Of a DNA stretch of 64,000 nucleotides, positions 52,963-62,843 are shown one piece after another. Every line of letters starts with the position of its first letter. Positions within the stretch are counted from its first letter, which is position 1. The position numbers and the translations under genes were made by a program. The notes under the pieces are model-generated. The model did not search any database, had not been told where the DNA came from, and saw only the letters and a list, made by a program, of their open reading frames with translations. The stretch lies in assembly GCA_021785355.1 (NCBI GenBank), contig JAJYFR010000002.1, positions 10,529 to 74,528 on the forward strand, written 5' to 3'. Source of the stretch: a bacterium. GTDB taxonomy: Bacteria > Patescibacteriota > Dojkabacteria > JAKAPS01 > JAJZLI01.

Positions 52963-53597
52963 TAGATTTAAAAGATTACATAAAAACTCTTAAAAAAAAT
53001 ATTATATTGATATCTTTAATTTTTGTAGTTTCTCTTGCTGCAGGTTATTTATATACAAAAACAATACCTATAAAATATCAAAGTTCTATTAATATATATA
53101 CAACTGATCCTTCAGATTTAGTAGCATTTTTAAGTACAAATAATTCTATTAATCTTGCATATAAAGATTCAAAAAATATTCTAGGCAATTTCAATTCCAC
53201 AGAGCTTTCTATTTTCAGGTCTAATATAAGAGTTCAAGATATATCCTTAAATATAGTATCTCTGCAAATTACAGATACAAATAAACAACAATCTATAAAT
53301 TGGATTAATGCATTTAAAAAGGTAATATTAAAAAGTAGTACAAAAATATTTATAAATAAATTATTAAAAAAGGAATATCTTGCTTGTAAAAAAGCTCAAT
53401 TACAAGCATTAAAAATAGATAAATCTAACAATAAAGTTCAGATTCCTACATGTACAATATTAAAATTTGTACAATACATAAATCCTAATACAACAACTAT
53501 AAGCATAATTCCTTCAAAAACAACTAATTTGATAATATTTGGAATAGCAGGAATATTAATTGCTCTATTATATGCTTCATATAAAGAATATAAATGA
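52959..53597 (+). CDS. Wzz/CpsC-like polysaccharide chain-length protein
   Basis: 'IDLKDYIKTL' plus TM, 'P.KYQSS', C-terminal 'PSK' plus TM. Confidence 0.6.
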   Translation: MIDLKDYIKTLKKNIILISLIFVVSLAAGYLYTKTIPIKYQSSINIYTTDPSDLVAFLSTNNSINLAYKDSKNILGNFNSTELSIFRSNIRVQDISLNIVSLQITDTNKQQSINWINAFKKVILKSSTKIFINKLLKKEYLACKKAQLQALKIDKSNNKVQIPTCTILKFVQYINPNTTTISIIPSKTTNLIIFGIAGILIALLYASYKEYK

Positions 53598-54448
53598 TAA
53601 AATTTATATATTCAGATGACTATAACAATTTTATAAATTATATAAAAGATATCCATAATAATACAGGTATTGATATTTATGATGCAGAAGAAGTTGAAAT
53701 TAAAGAAATATTAAATGATATCCTGAATATATCTATCTTTCAAAAACAAAGGGTTATAGCAATAAAAAATAGTTTTAAAATATATAAAGATTTAAAAGAT
53801 CTAAAAACAGATGATTATGTATATATACAAATTAACAAAAATATAAAAGGTTTAGAAATAGATAAAATTAAAGTTCAAGATAATGCAACTTATATAAAAG
53901 AGTTATTTAAAAAAAATAATATAAAAGAAAATAATGCTTTAATACAATATATTAAAGATAATTTTCAAGATAAAGTACAAATACAAAATGAATTAAATAA
54001 AATTTTTAACTTTATATATCCTCAAAAAGAAATTAAAGATATAGAATTCATAAAACAAAATATAATAACAAAAACAAATAATGTAATGATATGGGATTTA
54101 GTTAATTCTATAAACTCTAATAATAAGAAACAATTGATATTCTATTTTGAAAAGTTAAAAGATAATACTACAGATTTAAGATATATATTAACAATGATTA
54201 TAAGAGAAATTAATTTAATAATATTCATAAATTCTCTTCCTAATATTAGCAGTGATGTAATATTAAAAAAATTAAAAATTATAGGAATAAATACAAGTAC
54301 ATATGGTATTCAAAAAATAAAATCTAATAAATATGATATCTTAAAACTCAAGAATATTTATCATAAACTTATTAACTTATATTCAATGTCAAATGAAGGA
54401 AAAATTGATTTAGAAATTGGAATTACTCTGCTACTACTAAGCCTTTGA
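53594..54448 (+). CDS. holA: DNA polymerase III delta subunit (divergent)
   Basis: 'NISIF.KQRVIAIKN', 'IQNELNK', 'IWDLVNSI'; size fits. Confidence 0.7.
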   Translation: MIKFIYSDDYNNFINYIKDIHNNTGIDIYDAEEVEIKEILNDILNISIFQKQRVIAIKNSFKIYKDLKDLKTDDYVYIQINKNIKGLEIDKIKVQDNATYIKELFKKNNIKENNALIQYIKDNFQDKVQIQNELNKIFNFIYPQKEIKDIEFIKQNIITKTNNVMIWDLVNSINSNNKKQLIFYFEKLKDNTTDLRYILTMIIREINLIIFINSLPNISSDVILKKLKIIGINTSTYGIQKIKSNKYDILKLKNIYHKLINLYSMSNEGKIDLEIGITLLLLSL

Positions 54449-55063
54449 TCTTCTCTTTATTCTTCTTCTAAATTCCAAAACCATTATCTGATCTGATGAG
54501 AATATATAATATATTAGTCCAGATAATACAAAGAATAGACCTGTATAGAACACTACATATGTAGGTAGATCAAATCCTGTATTTGCTAAAACAGCAGTTG
54601 AAATATTAAGTGTTACACTACAAGGAGAAGATAAAGTTGCTCCAGTAGAATCTGTTACACCTGATAAAGATATTGTAAGAGTTGTTCCATTACTAAGATT
54701 AGAAGGTGCAGTCCATTGGGCTGAACTCTTAGATGAAGATGGACTTATTGTTCCTGTATTTACAGACCATAAAGCATTTGAATAATTTATTTGACTACCA
54801 GATGAAGATGTTATCCCTGATTGTATTGACAGAGGTGACGTACTTGAAATACTACTTACACTTGCTCCATTTTGGGTTATTGAAAATGTATTACAAGAAA
54901 GAGTGTCTTTTGTAGTAGTAGTTGTTGTTGTAGTAGTTTTTGATGAAGTTGTTCCAGAAACTGTATTGGGTGGAGTTTGTGCATATACTACAGAATTAGA
55001 TCCCAGTACTGAAACTACAGTTAAAAGTATGAAAATTAAATTTATTTTTCTCATATATTTCAT
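54437..55063 (-). CDS. Secreted Ser/Thr-rich Ig-like protein with LANTG sorting-signal-like C-terminus
   Basis: Signal peptide; poly-Thr; 'LANTG' followed by a hydrophobic helix and RRRIKRR. Confidence 0.65.
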   Translation of the reverse strand: MKYMRKINLIFILLTVVSVLGSNSVVYAQTPPNTVSGTTSSKTTTTTTTTTKDTLSCNTFSITQNGASVSSISSTSPLSIQSGITSSSGSQINYSNALWSVNTGTISPSSSKSSAQWTAPSNLSNGTTLTISLSGVTDSTGATLSSPCSVTLNISTAVLANTGFDLPTYVVFYTGLFFVLSGLIYYIFSSDQIMVLEFRRRIKRRSKA

Positions 55064-55093
55064 ATTACAGTCTTTATAGGTATATGTAAATAT

Positions 55094-56014
55094 CTACAAC
55101 GGAGGTTCTAACCAATATTGAATTATATCTCCTATACTTTTAGCATATATCTGAGTATTAGTTAGAAAACTTGTATTATAATTTACTACTACACTAGGTT
55201 GATACAAATCCTGAGTACCTAAATCTCTATTTATTACAATCCCTTTATACCCTACAATACTACCGTTTATTGTCAAATTAGTAGTAGGATTATTTTGAGG
55301 CAAAATAGGAGGTGTTGGAACAGGAACAGGTGTAGCTGTAGGTGTAGGACCTCCTGGAGATGGAGGATTAGTAGATCCTGTAGGTGGAGTGATATATATT
55401 GAAACTGAAGTATATTGTGCCTGATAATCACTTCCAACAAGAGGATTAAATATAGGAATTTCTTGACCAGGTAAAGCAGAACCACTGCTTCCGCTTTCAT
55501 AATATATACTAGTAGAACTAACTGTCCATCCTGCAGGAAGACCTGAGAGAGTATAGGTAACATAACCATAAGCACAATCAAATATTTGATTATATGATAT
55601 CCAATTTGTACTACCAGATATATTAGAATTTCCTGAATTACCACCTCTTGTTATTGATTCTGGAGTCCCTCCACTATGAGACCCTGACCACACAGTACCA
55701 CTACTACCAATAAAACCTATATTAGGAACTGATTGTCCAAAACTTGTTGGATCATAATTAGAATCTTCAGTATTAATACTATTCGCATTAGAACAGCTAC
55801 CTGTTTGAACAGGATTTAATGATAAACTTGAAGGAACTTGAGTATTATTCGTTGTTGAAACATAAAATTCTACATTAGCCCAATATGTCCCAGGAAGAAT
55901 AGTACACCTAGGTACTATTTGCGCATGTAAAGGAGAACTATTAGACACAAAAGAATATATAAGAATAAAAATACTTAAGAATATTGAAGAATATTTTATT
56001 TTTTTTAATATCAT
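55094..56014 (-). CDS. Secreted protein with Pro/Thr linker
   Basis: Signal peptide; 'PPSPGGPTPTATPVPVPTPP'; C-terminal 'LTINGSIVG...RDL...YN'. Confidence 0.65.
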   Translation of the reverse strand: MILKKIKYSSIFLSIFILIYSFVSNSSPLHAQIVPRCTILPGTYWANVEFYVSTTNNTQVPSSLSLNPVQTGSCSNANSINTEDSNYDPTSFGQSVPNIGFIGSSGTVWSGSHSGGTPESITRGGNSGNSNISGSTNWISYNQIFDCAYGYVTYTLSGLPAGWTVSSTSIYYESGSSGSALPGQEIPIFNPLVGSDYQAQYTSVSIYITPPTGSTNPPSPGGPTPTATPVPVPTPPILPQNNPTTNLTINGSIVGYKGIVINRDLGTQDLYQPSVVVNYNTSFLTNTQIYAKSIGDIIQYWLEPPL

Positions 56015-56020
56015 ACTGAA

Positions 56021-56875
56021 TTAATAATATATAATATTATACTTTTTTTCTAGTGTATTCATATAGGATGTATAATTTGAATATTTTCCAAAAATAGAAT
56101 CATTATATATAAAATAATATATATTAAAAGACTCCTTATTATTAGTACAACCTCTTGCACAGAATACATAAGGATGAACATTTACACTTGATAATTTATT
56201 TGCAGAAAGACTAAATATTTGAGAAGAAATATTATTATAAAATATAGGATTTATATTATTATTATATTTTATATTTTGAGAATTCAAATTTGTATATTTT
56301 ATTAAATTAAATGTATTAGAATTTAATGAGCTAAGATAAGCTATTATGTTATTGTAACCTGATAAAGTTTTAACATGATTATAAATTGAATCAAAATTAT
56401 AAGAAAGAGATTTAGTACTTTTACTAGGTAAAATATCCATAAAAATAAATCCATTATAATTCTTCTCTACTGTTTGGAATATTAAATCCATTTTATAATT
56501 TACAGAAAGATTAAGAATATAATCATATAAATGAGAAGTCATCTTTAAATTAGCATATTTAGTACTTCGCTTTATACTATTAAGATATGCTGTATTTGGA
56601 TAATTATTTTTTGATTTTAAATATAATGAAGAGATTTCAAATTCAACAAATTTATTAATATCAGTTTTATTATAATTCGAACAATTTTTATTATTAAAAT
56701 TTTCATAATTACATACGTAATTCGAAATATCTAAACTTGTATAATTTGAGCCATTAATACTTACTACATAATTATTTGAATAGAATAGTTTATACACTAA
56801 CAAAAATATTAATACTATTACAAAAACAGATATTAATGCTATATCTAAATATTTAAATTTATTACCACTATCCAT
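56021..56875 (-). CDS. Membrane-anchored hypothetical protein (weak SurA/PrsA N-terminal resemblance)
   Basis: N-terminal TM followed by 'VVSINGSNYT'. Confidence 0.5.
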   Translation of the reverse strand: MDSGNKFKYLDIALISVFVIVLIFLLVYKLFYSNNYVVSINGSNYTSLDISNYVCNYENFNNKNCSNYNKTDINKFVEFEISSLYLKSKNNYPNTAYLNSIKRSTKYANLKMTSHLYDYILNLSVNYKMDLIFQTVEKNYNGFIFMDILPSKSTKSLSYNFDSIYNHVKTLSGYNNIIAYLSSLNSNTFNLIKYTNLNSQNIKYNNNINPIFYNNISSQIFSLSANKLSSVNVHPYVFCARGCTNNKESFNIYYFIYNDSIFGKYSNYTSYMNTLEKKYNIIYY

Positions 56876-56906
56876 ACTATATATATAGTATCAAATACCC
56901 ATTTTA

Positions 56907-57953
56907 TTACAAGTATTTTGCTATATTAGCATTCTGTCCAGATAAATTTACTGCATAGTGCAAATGACCTTCTTTATCTGCTATAAAAAATAAATATTTA
57001 TTAGGAGTAGATTTAAATGTTGATATAATAGAATTATAACCAGGAGAACATATAGGAGTTGGTGGCAACCCAGCATATAATCTTGTATTATAAGGAGAAT
57101 TTATCTCTAGATCAGACTGAGTTAATGGAGATCTCCACCAACTATTTGATGAAGGATCAAAACCTAATGCATATTGAACTGTAACATCTGAACCTAATGG
57201 TATACCAGAAAGATATCTTCTTATAAATATATTAGCAACAATAGGTTTATCACTATTGTATAAAGTTTCTCTTCTTACTATTGATGCTATAATCATATTT
57301 TGATATAGACTTAATTGGTCTGAACCTGACAACATTAAACCTTTATATTTATGAAATATATACTTATCAAATGCTTTTAATTCTAAATTAATAACATATT
57401 TAGCATTTGCATTAAAAGGAATTTCATATGAACCTGGATATAAAAATCCTTCTAAACTAGAATTTTCAGGAATATATTTAAAAAAATCAAAATTATAATA
57501 TTGTCTATAAAGATTATGAGCTATATTTCTATAATCAGTTGTACTGAATTGATAATAAGAATTATTAACACTTAATTCATTCCTCACTACATTTGCTTCT
57601 TCTGAAATTCTTAATCCAGAAGGTATTATTATTTTTTTATAGAAAGGTCCTCTAGAAAAAGTTGTTATTAATTGAGAAAAATTTTCTTTTTTATAAACTC
57701 TATATTCTCCAGGATAAAAAGAAAATAAAGGAACCTGTACATAAAGATATATTAGGGATGCTTTAGTAGAAGATATTAGTTTTTGAGATTTCAAATCATT
57801 TAATATCTGAGTATTTGAATCTTTGGTTCCAATTGTGAAATTCACATATCCTGATTTTATATTATTTTCATAATTAATATTGGATGTATACCAATAAAAA
57901 AATATTATGATAATCAAAAATAAACTTAATATTATATAACTAATTTTTTTCAT
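56907..57953 (-). CDS. mltG: Endolytic transglycosylase MltG
   Basis: 'LEGFLYPGSY', 'IASIVRRE', 'SPYNTRLYAGLPPTPI'. Confidence 0.92.
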   Translation of the reverse strand: MKKISYIILSLFLIIIIFFYWYTSNINYENNIKSGYVNFTIGTKDSNTQILNDLKSQKLISSTKASLIYLYVQVPLFSFYPGEYRVYKKENFSQLITTFSRGPFYKKIIIPSGLRISEEANVVRNELSVNNSYYQFSTTDYRNIAHNLYRQYYNFDFFKYIPENSSLEGFLYPGSYEIPFNANAKYVINLELKAFDKYIFHKYKGLMLSGSDQLSLYQNMIIASIVRRETLYNSDKPIVANIFIRRYLSGIPLGSDVTVQYALGFDPSSNSWWRSPLTQSDLEINSPYNTRLYAGLPPTPICSPGYNSIISTFKSTPNKYLFFIADKEGHLHYAVNLSGQNANIAKYL

Positions 57954-58327
57954 ACTTTATTTATAAAATCCAGATATTCTTGAAGTATTATACTTGCAGA
58001 CTTATCATCTATTCTCACATTTTTTTTATTTTCCACTTCAAAAGAAGTCAATGTTTCATTCCAAAAAATACAATCTATTTCTAAATTAAGAGATTGCACA
58101 AAATCTCTTACTCTTTTTGAAGAAAAACCTTCCGATCCATCTATATTGACAGGATTTCCTATCACTATTTTCACTATATTATATTTTTCTAAAATATTTA
58201 TTAAAAAAATATAAAAATCTTTATTATTTCTCTTAATAGAAAAAGGTTCTGAAAAACGAGAATTCTTATCTGAGAGTGCTAATCCGATATATTTTTCTCC
58301 ATAATCTATACCTAATATATATGACAT
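57950..58327 (-). CDS. yqgF: YqgF/RuvX nuclease
   Basis: 'LGIDYGEKYIGLALSD', 'ETLTS', 'DDKSASIILQEYL'. Confidence 0.92.
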   Translation of the reverse strand: MSYILGIDYGEKYIGLALSDKNSRFSEPFSIKRNNKDFYIFLINILEKYNIVKIVIGNPVNIDGSEGFSSKRVRDFVQSLNLEIDCIFWNETLTSFEVENKKNVRIDDKSASIILQEYLDFINKV

Positions 58328-58329
58328 AC

Positions 58330-60390
58330 TTAATATTCTAAAACAGCCCTTACTCTCCTTATACCTTTAGATACACTCTCTTGTTTTGTAATCTTAAATT
58401 TTCCTAAACTAGAAGTATTTCCTTTATGAGTACCCCCACAAAGTTCTTGAGAAAAATCTCCTATCCTGACTACCCTTAATTTAGAATTTTTATCATATCT
58501 GTCTTCAAAAGGAAGATCTATTCCTAATTTTTTTATATCTTCAAAGTTTTTTTCAGATACCTCTATATCTTCTTTCTTTAATATATTTTCATTAACTAAA
58601 TCTTCTATAGTTTTTATTTCTTCTAAACTTAAAGCTCTATCAAAATTAAAATCAAATCTTATTTTTTCTGAATCAATAAATGATCCTTTTTGCACAACTT
58701 GATCTCCTAATATTATTTTCATAGCTTTATTAAGAAGATGTACTGCAGTATGATTAAATGAAGTCTTTTCTCTTATATCTTTATCTACTATACATGTAAC
58801 TAAGTCTTCTGAAGACAATTTTTGAGAGAAATTTTTATACTTACCAAAATGTATATATACTCCCCTTTTTGTCTTTTTTACATTATTAACTTCAATCTCT
58901 ACACCGTTAGATAAAACAATTCCTCTATCTCCTACTTGCCCACCACCTTCTGCATAAAAAGGTGTTTGATCTAGAACAAAATATACTTCATCTTCACCTT
59001 GAGATACAAATAAAACTTTAGCATCTTTTAGTCTTAAATCATCATATCCTATAAATTTAGTTTTAGGATAATCAAAAAATTCTTCTTCAATACTTTTACC
59101 TAATGTGAAAGAAGAAGATATACGAGATCTATCTTTCTGTTCATTCAATTTTTTATAAAAATCTTCTTCACTAAATTCTATTTCTCTTTCTTTTAATATA
59201 TCTCTTAATATATCTATATTAAAACCATATGTATCGTGCAATAAAAACATATTATCTCCGCTTATTTTACCTTTTACTATTAAGCCATCTAATCTTTTCA
59301 GACCTTTATCTAATGTTTTTCCAAATTTTACTTCTTCTTCATCTAATATTTTTTTTACCAAATCTCTTTTTGAAGATAATTCAGGATATACATCAGAATA
59401 AGTATCTATTACTACTCCTGATAGTTCTGATAAGAAAAAATCTTTTAATCCTAAAGTTTTTGCATGAAGAAGAGATTTTCTTATAAGTCTTCTTAATATA
59501 TATCCTCTATGTTCATTTTGAGGAATAATTCCATCTGATATTATAAAACTTATACCTCTTATATGATCAGCTATTATTCTACATGATCTTTCATTAAATT
59601 TAGAACTTTCTGCTTTTATTTTACTTACAATAGGTTCAAAAAGATCTGTATCAAAAACTGATTTTTTATCTTGCAAAACCATTACTAATCTTTCTAATCC
59701 TGCTCCCGTATCTACATTAGTAAATGGTAATTTTGAAAAATTTCCATTTTCATCTTTATAATATTCCATAAATACTCCTGCATTCCAGATCTCCAGAAAT
59801 CTATCACAATCACATCCTGGGGCACAATCTTCTCTACCACAACCTAATTCCTCCCCATTATCATAATAAATTTCAGTAGATGGACCACAAGGACCTTCAA
59901 CTCCTGTTGGTCCCCAAAAATTATCCTGTACTAGTTCTACTATACGCTCTTTTTTTAAACCTAAATCCAACCAATACTTATAAGATTCACTATCTTTAGG
60001 TATATCCTTATCTCCCTTGAATATAGATACCCAAATTTTTTCTTTATCTAACAAAAATTCCTCTGTTAATAATTCATATGCAAGTTCTATAGCTTCCTTC
60101 TTATAATAATCTCCAAATGACCAAGAGCCCAACATTTCAAAAAAAGTTAAATGTCTACCATCTGAACCTATATCATCAATATCTGTTGTTCTAAAACTTT
60201 TTTGTACGGAACAAACTCTAGGAGATATAATCTCTTTTTCTCGCATTAAAAAAGGTACCATTTGTACCATACCTGCTGTAGTAAAAAGTAAGGTTTCATC
60301 ATCTGGAACCAAAGATGACGATTTAAATTCTGTATGATTATTTTTTATAAAAAATTTAATAAATTTTTCTCTAATTTCTTTTCCATTCAT
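58330..60390 (-). CDS. alaS: Alanine--tRNA ligase (no C-Ala domain)
   Basis: 'LLFTTAGM', 'HLTFFEMLG', 'DTGAGLER', 'TPFYAEGGGQVGD', 'HTAVHLL', 'CGGTH'; probable start ATG 60390. Confidence 0.96.
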   Translation of the reverse strand: MNGKEIREKFIKFFIKNNHTEFKSSSLVPDDETLLFTTAGMVQMVPFLMREKEIISPRVCSVQKSFRTTDIDDIGSDGRHLTFFEMLGSWSFGDYYKKEAIELAYELLTEEFLLDKEKIWVSIFKGDKDIPKDSESYKYWLDLGLKKERIVELVQDNFWGPTGVEGPCGPSTEIYYDNGEELGCGREDCAPGCDCDRFLEIWNAGVFMEYYKDENGNFSKLPFTNVDTGAGLERLVMVLQDKKSVFDTDLFEPIVSKIKAESSKFNERSCRIIADHIRGISFIISDGIIPQNEHRGYILRRLIRKSLLHAKTLGLKDFFLSELSGVVIDTYSDVYPELSSKRDLVKKILDEEEVKFGKTLDKGLKRLDGLIVKGKISGDNMFLLHDTYGFNIDILRDILKEREIEFSEEDFYKKLNEQKDRSRISSSFTLGKSIEEEFFDYPKTKFIGYDDLRLKDAKVLFVSQGEDEVYFVLDQTPFYAEGGGQVGDRGIVLSNGVEIEVNNVKKTKRGVYIHFGKYKNFSQKLSSEDLVTCIVDKDIREKTSFNHTAVHLLNKAMKIILGDQVVQKGSFIDSEKIRFDFNFDRALSLEEIKTIEDLVNENILKKEDIEVSEKNFEDIKKLGIDLPFEDRYDKNSKLRVVRIGDFSQELCGGTHKGNTSSLGKFKITKQESVSKGIRRVRAVLEY

Positions 60391-60409
60391 AATATTTTTC
60401 AATTAAAAT

Positions 60410-60481
60410 AGGCGATGATGGGATTTGAACCCATGTACGCGGTTTTGCAGACCGCTTCCTGGACCACTCGGATACATCGCC
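60410..60481 (-). tRNA. tRNA-Cys (anticodon GCA)
   Basis: Minus strand GGCGATGTATCCGAGTGG...GCGGT-CTGCAAA-ACCGC...GGGTTCAAATCCC ATCATCGCC-T. Confidence 0.95.
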
Positions 60482-60511
60482 AAAACATAATATTATACTA
60501 TAAAATATGTT

Positions 60512-61681
60512 TTATGAGAGTATATTCGAAATTGATCCTAGAAAAATAAATTTATATTTATCTCCCGAATATGCCTTATACATCAAAAACACAGATAATA
60601 ATATCCATAAAATGAATAGTATTATTTCTAATACAAATAACACTATCGATAAAATACCACTTCCATTAAATATTTTTAAAATAAAAAATAGAATTATAAA
60701 TAATAGATCAAAGATAAATCCCTGAATTGAATGAAATTTAATAAAATTATCTTTCTTTATAAAACTAAATATTAATATAAAAATATTTATAATTATAACA
60801 TAAGACATCACTCCTAATATATCTTCTTCCCTATTACTCATAATGTCTTCAGATTTAACTGCATCATTTTCTATATTGGAATTAACAGTATTTTGAGTCT
60901 CCATATTAGGATAAGGAACTTCTTGATTGATAGTATTAGAAGAAACATTCTCTACATTTGGAATAATAGGAGGCAATTTATTGTCAGGAATATTTTGTTG
61001 CTGAGACATATTTTGATAACTTTCACTGTGAGATTGATTTTTTAATATTAAATCGTAAGGATCATCTACATGTATATTTTGAGTGGGAATATTTCCATTA
61101 TGTTCTCCAGCTAAAGACTCGTTAATATTATTATTTTGAGACACTGTACTATCCAAAGAAGATTTATTCCATTGATCTGATTGAATTGAATCAGATGCAT
61201 TATTGCCAATATTCATTGAATTAGAATCTGAACTTTGTGAATTTACAGGATTATTAGACAGAACATCTTGAGATACAGGAATATCATTCATACTAGTATT
61301 TTGAGTATCTACTTGAGGTTGTGTATTCTGGTATAAACTGCTATCTCCTATGTTTGAATTAGATAAATCTTGGCTAGGATTTAGATTTACAGAGTTATTA
61401 GACTGAACATCTTGAGATACAGGAATATCATTCATACTAGTATTTTGAGTATCTACTTGAGGTTGTGTATTCTGGTATAAACTGCTATCTCCTAGGTTTG
61501 AACTAGATACATCTTGACTAGGATTTAGATTTACAGGATTATTAGACTGAACATCTTGAGGTATACTAAAATCTTGATTTATAGGGATAACAGTACTATC
61601 TTGATTAGAATCTAAAATCCCAGAACCACTACCATTAATAGAATTATTTGAATTATCCATAATAAATTTATTTAATTTCAT
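60512..61681 (-). CDS. Membrane protein: long Asn/Ser/Gln-rich repetitive N-terminus plus DUF4870-like 3-TM domain
   Basis: 'LGVMSY...DNFIKFHSIQG...KAYSGDKYKF..LG'. Confidence 0.75.
   Translation of the reverse strand: MKLNKFIMDNSNNSINGSGSGILDSNQDSTVIPINQDFSIPQDVQSNNPVNLNPSQDVSSSNLGDSSLYQNTQPQVDTQNTSMNDIPVSQDVQSNNSVNLNPSQDLSNSNIGDSSLYQNTQPQVDTQNTSMNDIPVSQDVLSNNPVNSQSSDSNSMNIGNNASDSIQSDQWNKSSLDSTVSQNNNINESLAGEHNGNIPTQNIHVDDPYDLILKNQSHSESYQNMSQQQNIPDNKLPPIIPNVENVSSNTINQEVPYPNMETQNTVNSNIENDAVKSEDIMSNREEDILGVMSYVIIINIFILIFSFIKKDNFIKFHSIQGFIFDLLFIILFFILKIFNGSGILSIVLFVLEIILFILWILLSVFLMYKAYSGDKYKFIFLGSISNILS
61242..61560. repeat. 144-bp (48-aa) in-frame tandem repeat, about 2.2 copies
   Basis: 'gaacatcttgag' at 61261, 61405 and 61549. 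Confidence 0.9.
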
Positions 61682-61718
61682 ATATATAATATAATATTTA
61701 AATACAAATTAAAAGCCA

Positions 61719-62843
61719 ATGATATATCTAGATAATTCTGCGACAACAAAAATTGATAAAAGAGTTATAGAAAAAATGACACCTTATTTATCAAAATATT
61801 ATGGAAACCCCAGTTCAGTATATAAATTTGGTCAAATATCTAGAAGAGCAATTGATAGATCAAGAGAAATAATTGCTAATTATTTAAACTCTGATCTACA
61901 AGAAATAATTTTCACTTCAGGAGGAACAGAAAGTAATAATTTAGCTCTAAAAGGAATAGTTAATGGTAATAATAAAAATAAAATATCTCATATAATAACC
62001 TCTGAAATCGAACATGATTCAATATTAAATACTCTAAAAGAAATTAAAAATATAGAAGTTACATATATAAAACCAGATCAAACAGGCAAAATAAAAGTAG
62101 AAGATGTCGATAATGCTATTAAAGAAAATACTATATTAATATCTATAATTCATGCAAATTCTGAAATAGGAGTTATTCAAGACATAGAAAATATAGGAAA
62201 GATAGCAAAGAAAAATAATGTATTATTTCATGTTGATGCTATGCAATCTTTAAAATATTTAGATATAGACGTTAATAAATTTAATATAGATTTATTAACA
62301 TTTGGTGCGCATAAAATAAATGGACCAAAAGGAATAGGCGCTTTATATATAAAAAGAGGTACTCCTATTCAAGCTCTTATAAAAGGAGGCTCTCAAGAAT
62401 ATAGAATAAGAGGTGGTACAGAAAATTTATCTGCAATAGTAGGGTTTGGTGAAGCTGTAGAATTATTGAAAAGTGAAAAATATAAAAGACAGGAATATGT
62501 AAAAACATTAAGGGATAATTTTGAAAGAGATATATTAAAAATAAATGGAACAAAACTTAATTCTAATGCTTCAAATAGAATGCCCCATCTTTCTAATATA
62601 CTATTTGATAAGATTAATTCAGAAAGTATGTTAATACAATTAGACCTTTATAATATTTCCGCTTCAGCTGGATCTGCATGCTCATCTTTATCTATAGAAC
62701 CTTCACATGTACTTACATCTATAGGACTTACAGAAAAAGAAGCAAAACATTCTATACGCTTTAGTTTAGGACATGAAAATACACAAATAGAAATAGAAAA
62801 AACAATACAGGTAATAAAAGAAATATTAAACAAATATGAATGA
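61719..62843 (+). CDS. iscS: Cysteine desulfurase IscS/NifS (group I)
   Basis: 'YLDNSATT', 'FTSGGTESNN', 'AHKINGPKG', 'SAGSACSS'. Confidence 0.93.
   Translation: MIYLDNSATTKIDKRVIEKMTPYLSKYYGNPSSVYKFGQISRRAIDRSREIIANYLNSDLQEIIFTSGGTESNNLALKGIVNGNNKNKISHIITSEIEHDSILNTLKEIKNIEVTYIKPDQTGKIKVEDVDNAIKENTILISIIHANSEIGVIQDIENIGKIAKKNNVLFHVDAMQSLKYLDIDVNKFNIDLLTFGAHKINGPKGIGALYIKRGTPIQALIKGGSQEYRIRGGTENLSAIVGFGEAVELLKSEKYKRQEYVKTLRDNFERDILKINGTKLNSNASNRMPHLSNILFDKINSESMLIQLDLYNISASAGSACSSLSIEPSHVLTSIGLTEKEAKHSIRFSLGHENTQIEIEKTIQVIKEILNKYE

Noticed and set aside
54912-54936. Phase-variable simple sequence repeat
   Set aside because: Mixed ACA/ACT triplets encode an in-frame poly-Thr linker; slippage would not switch the frame.
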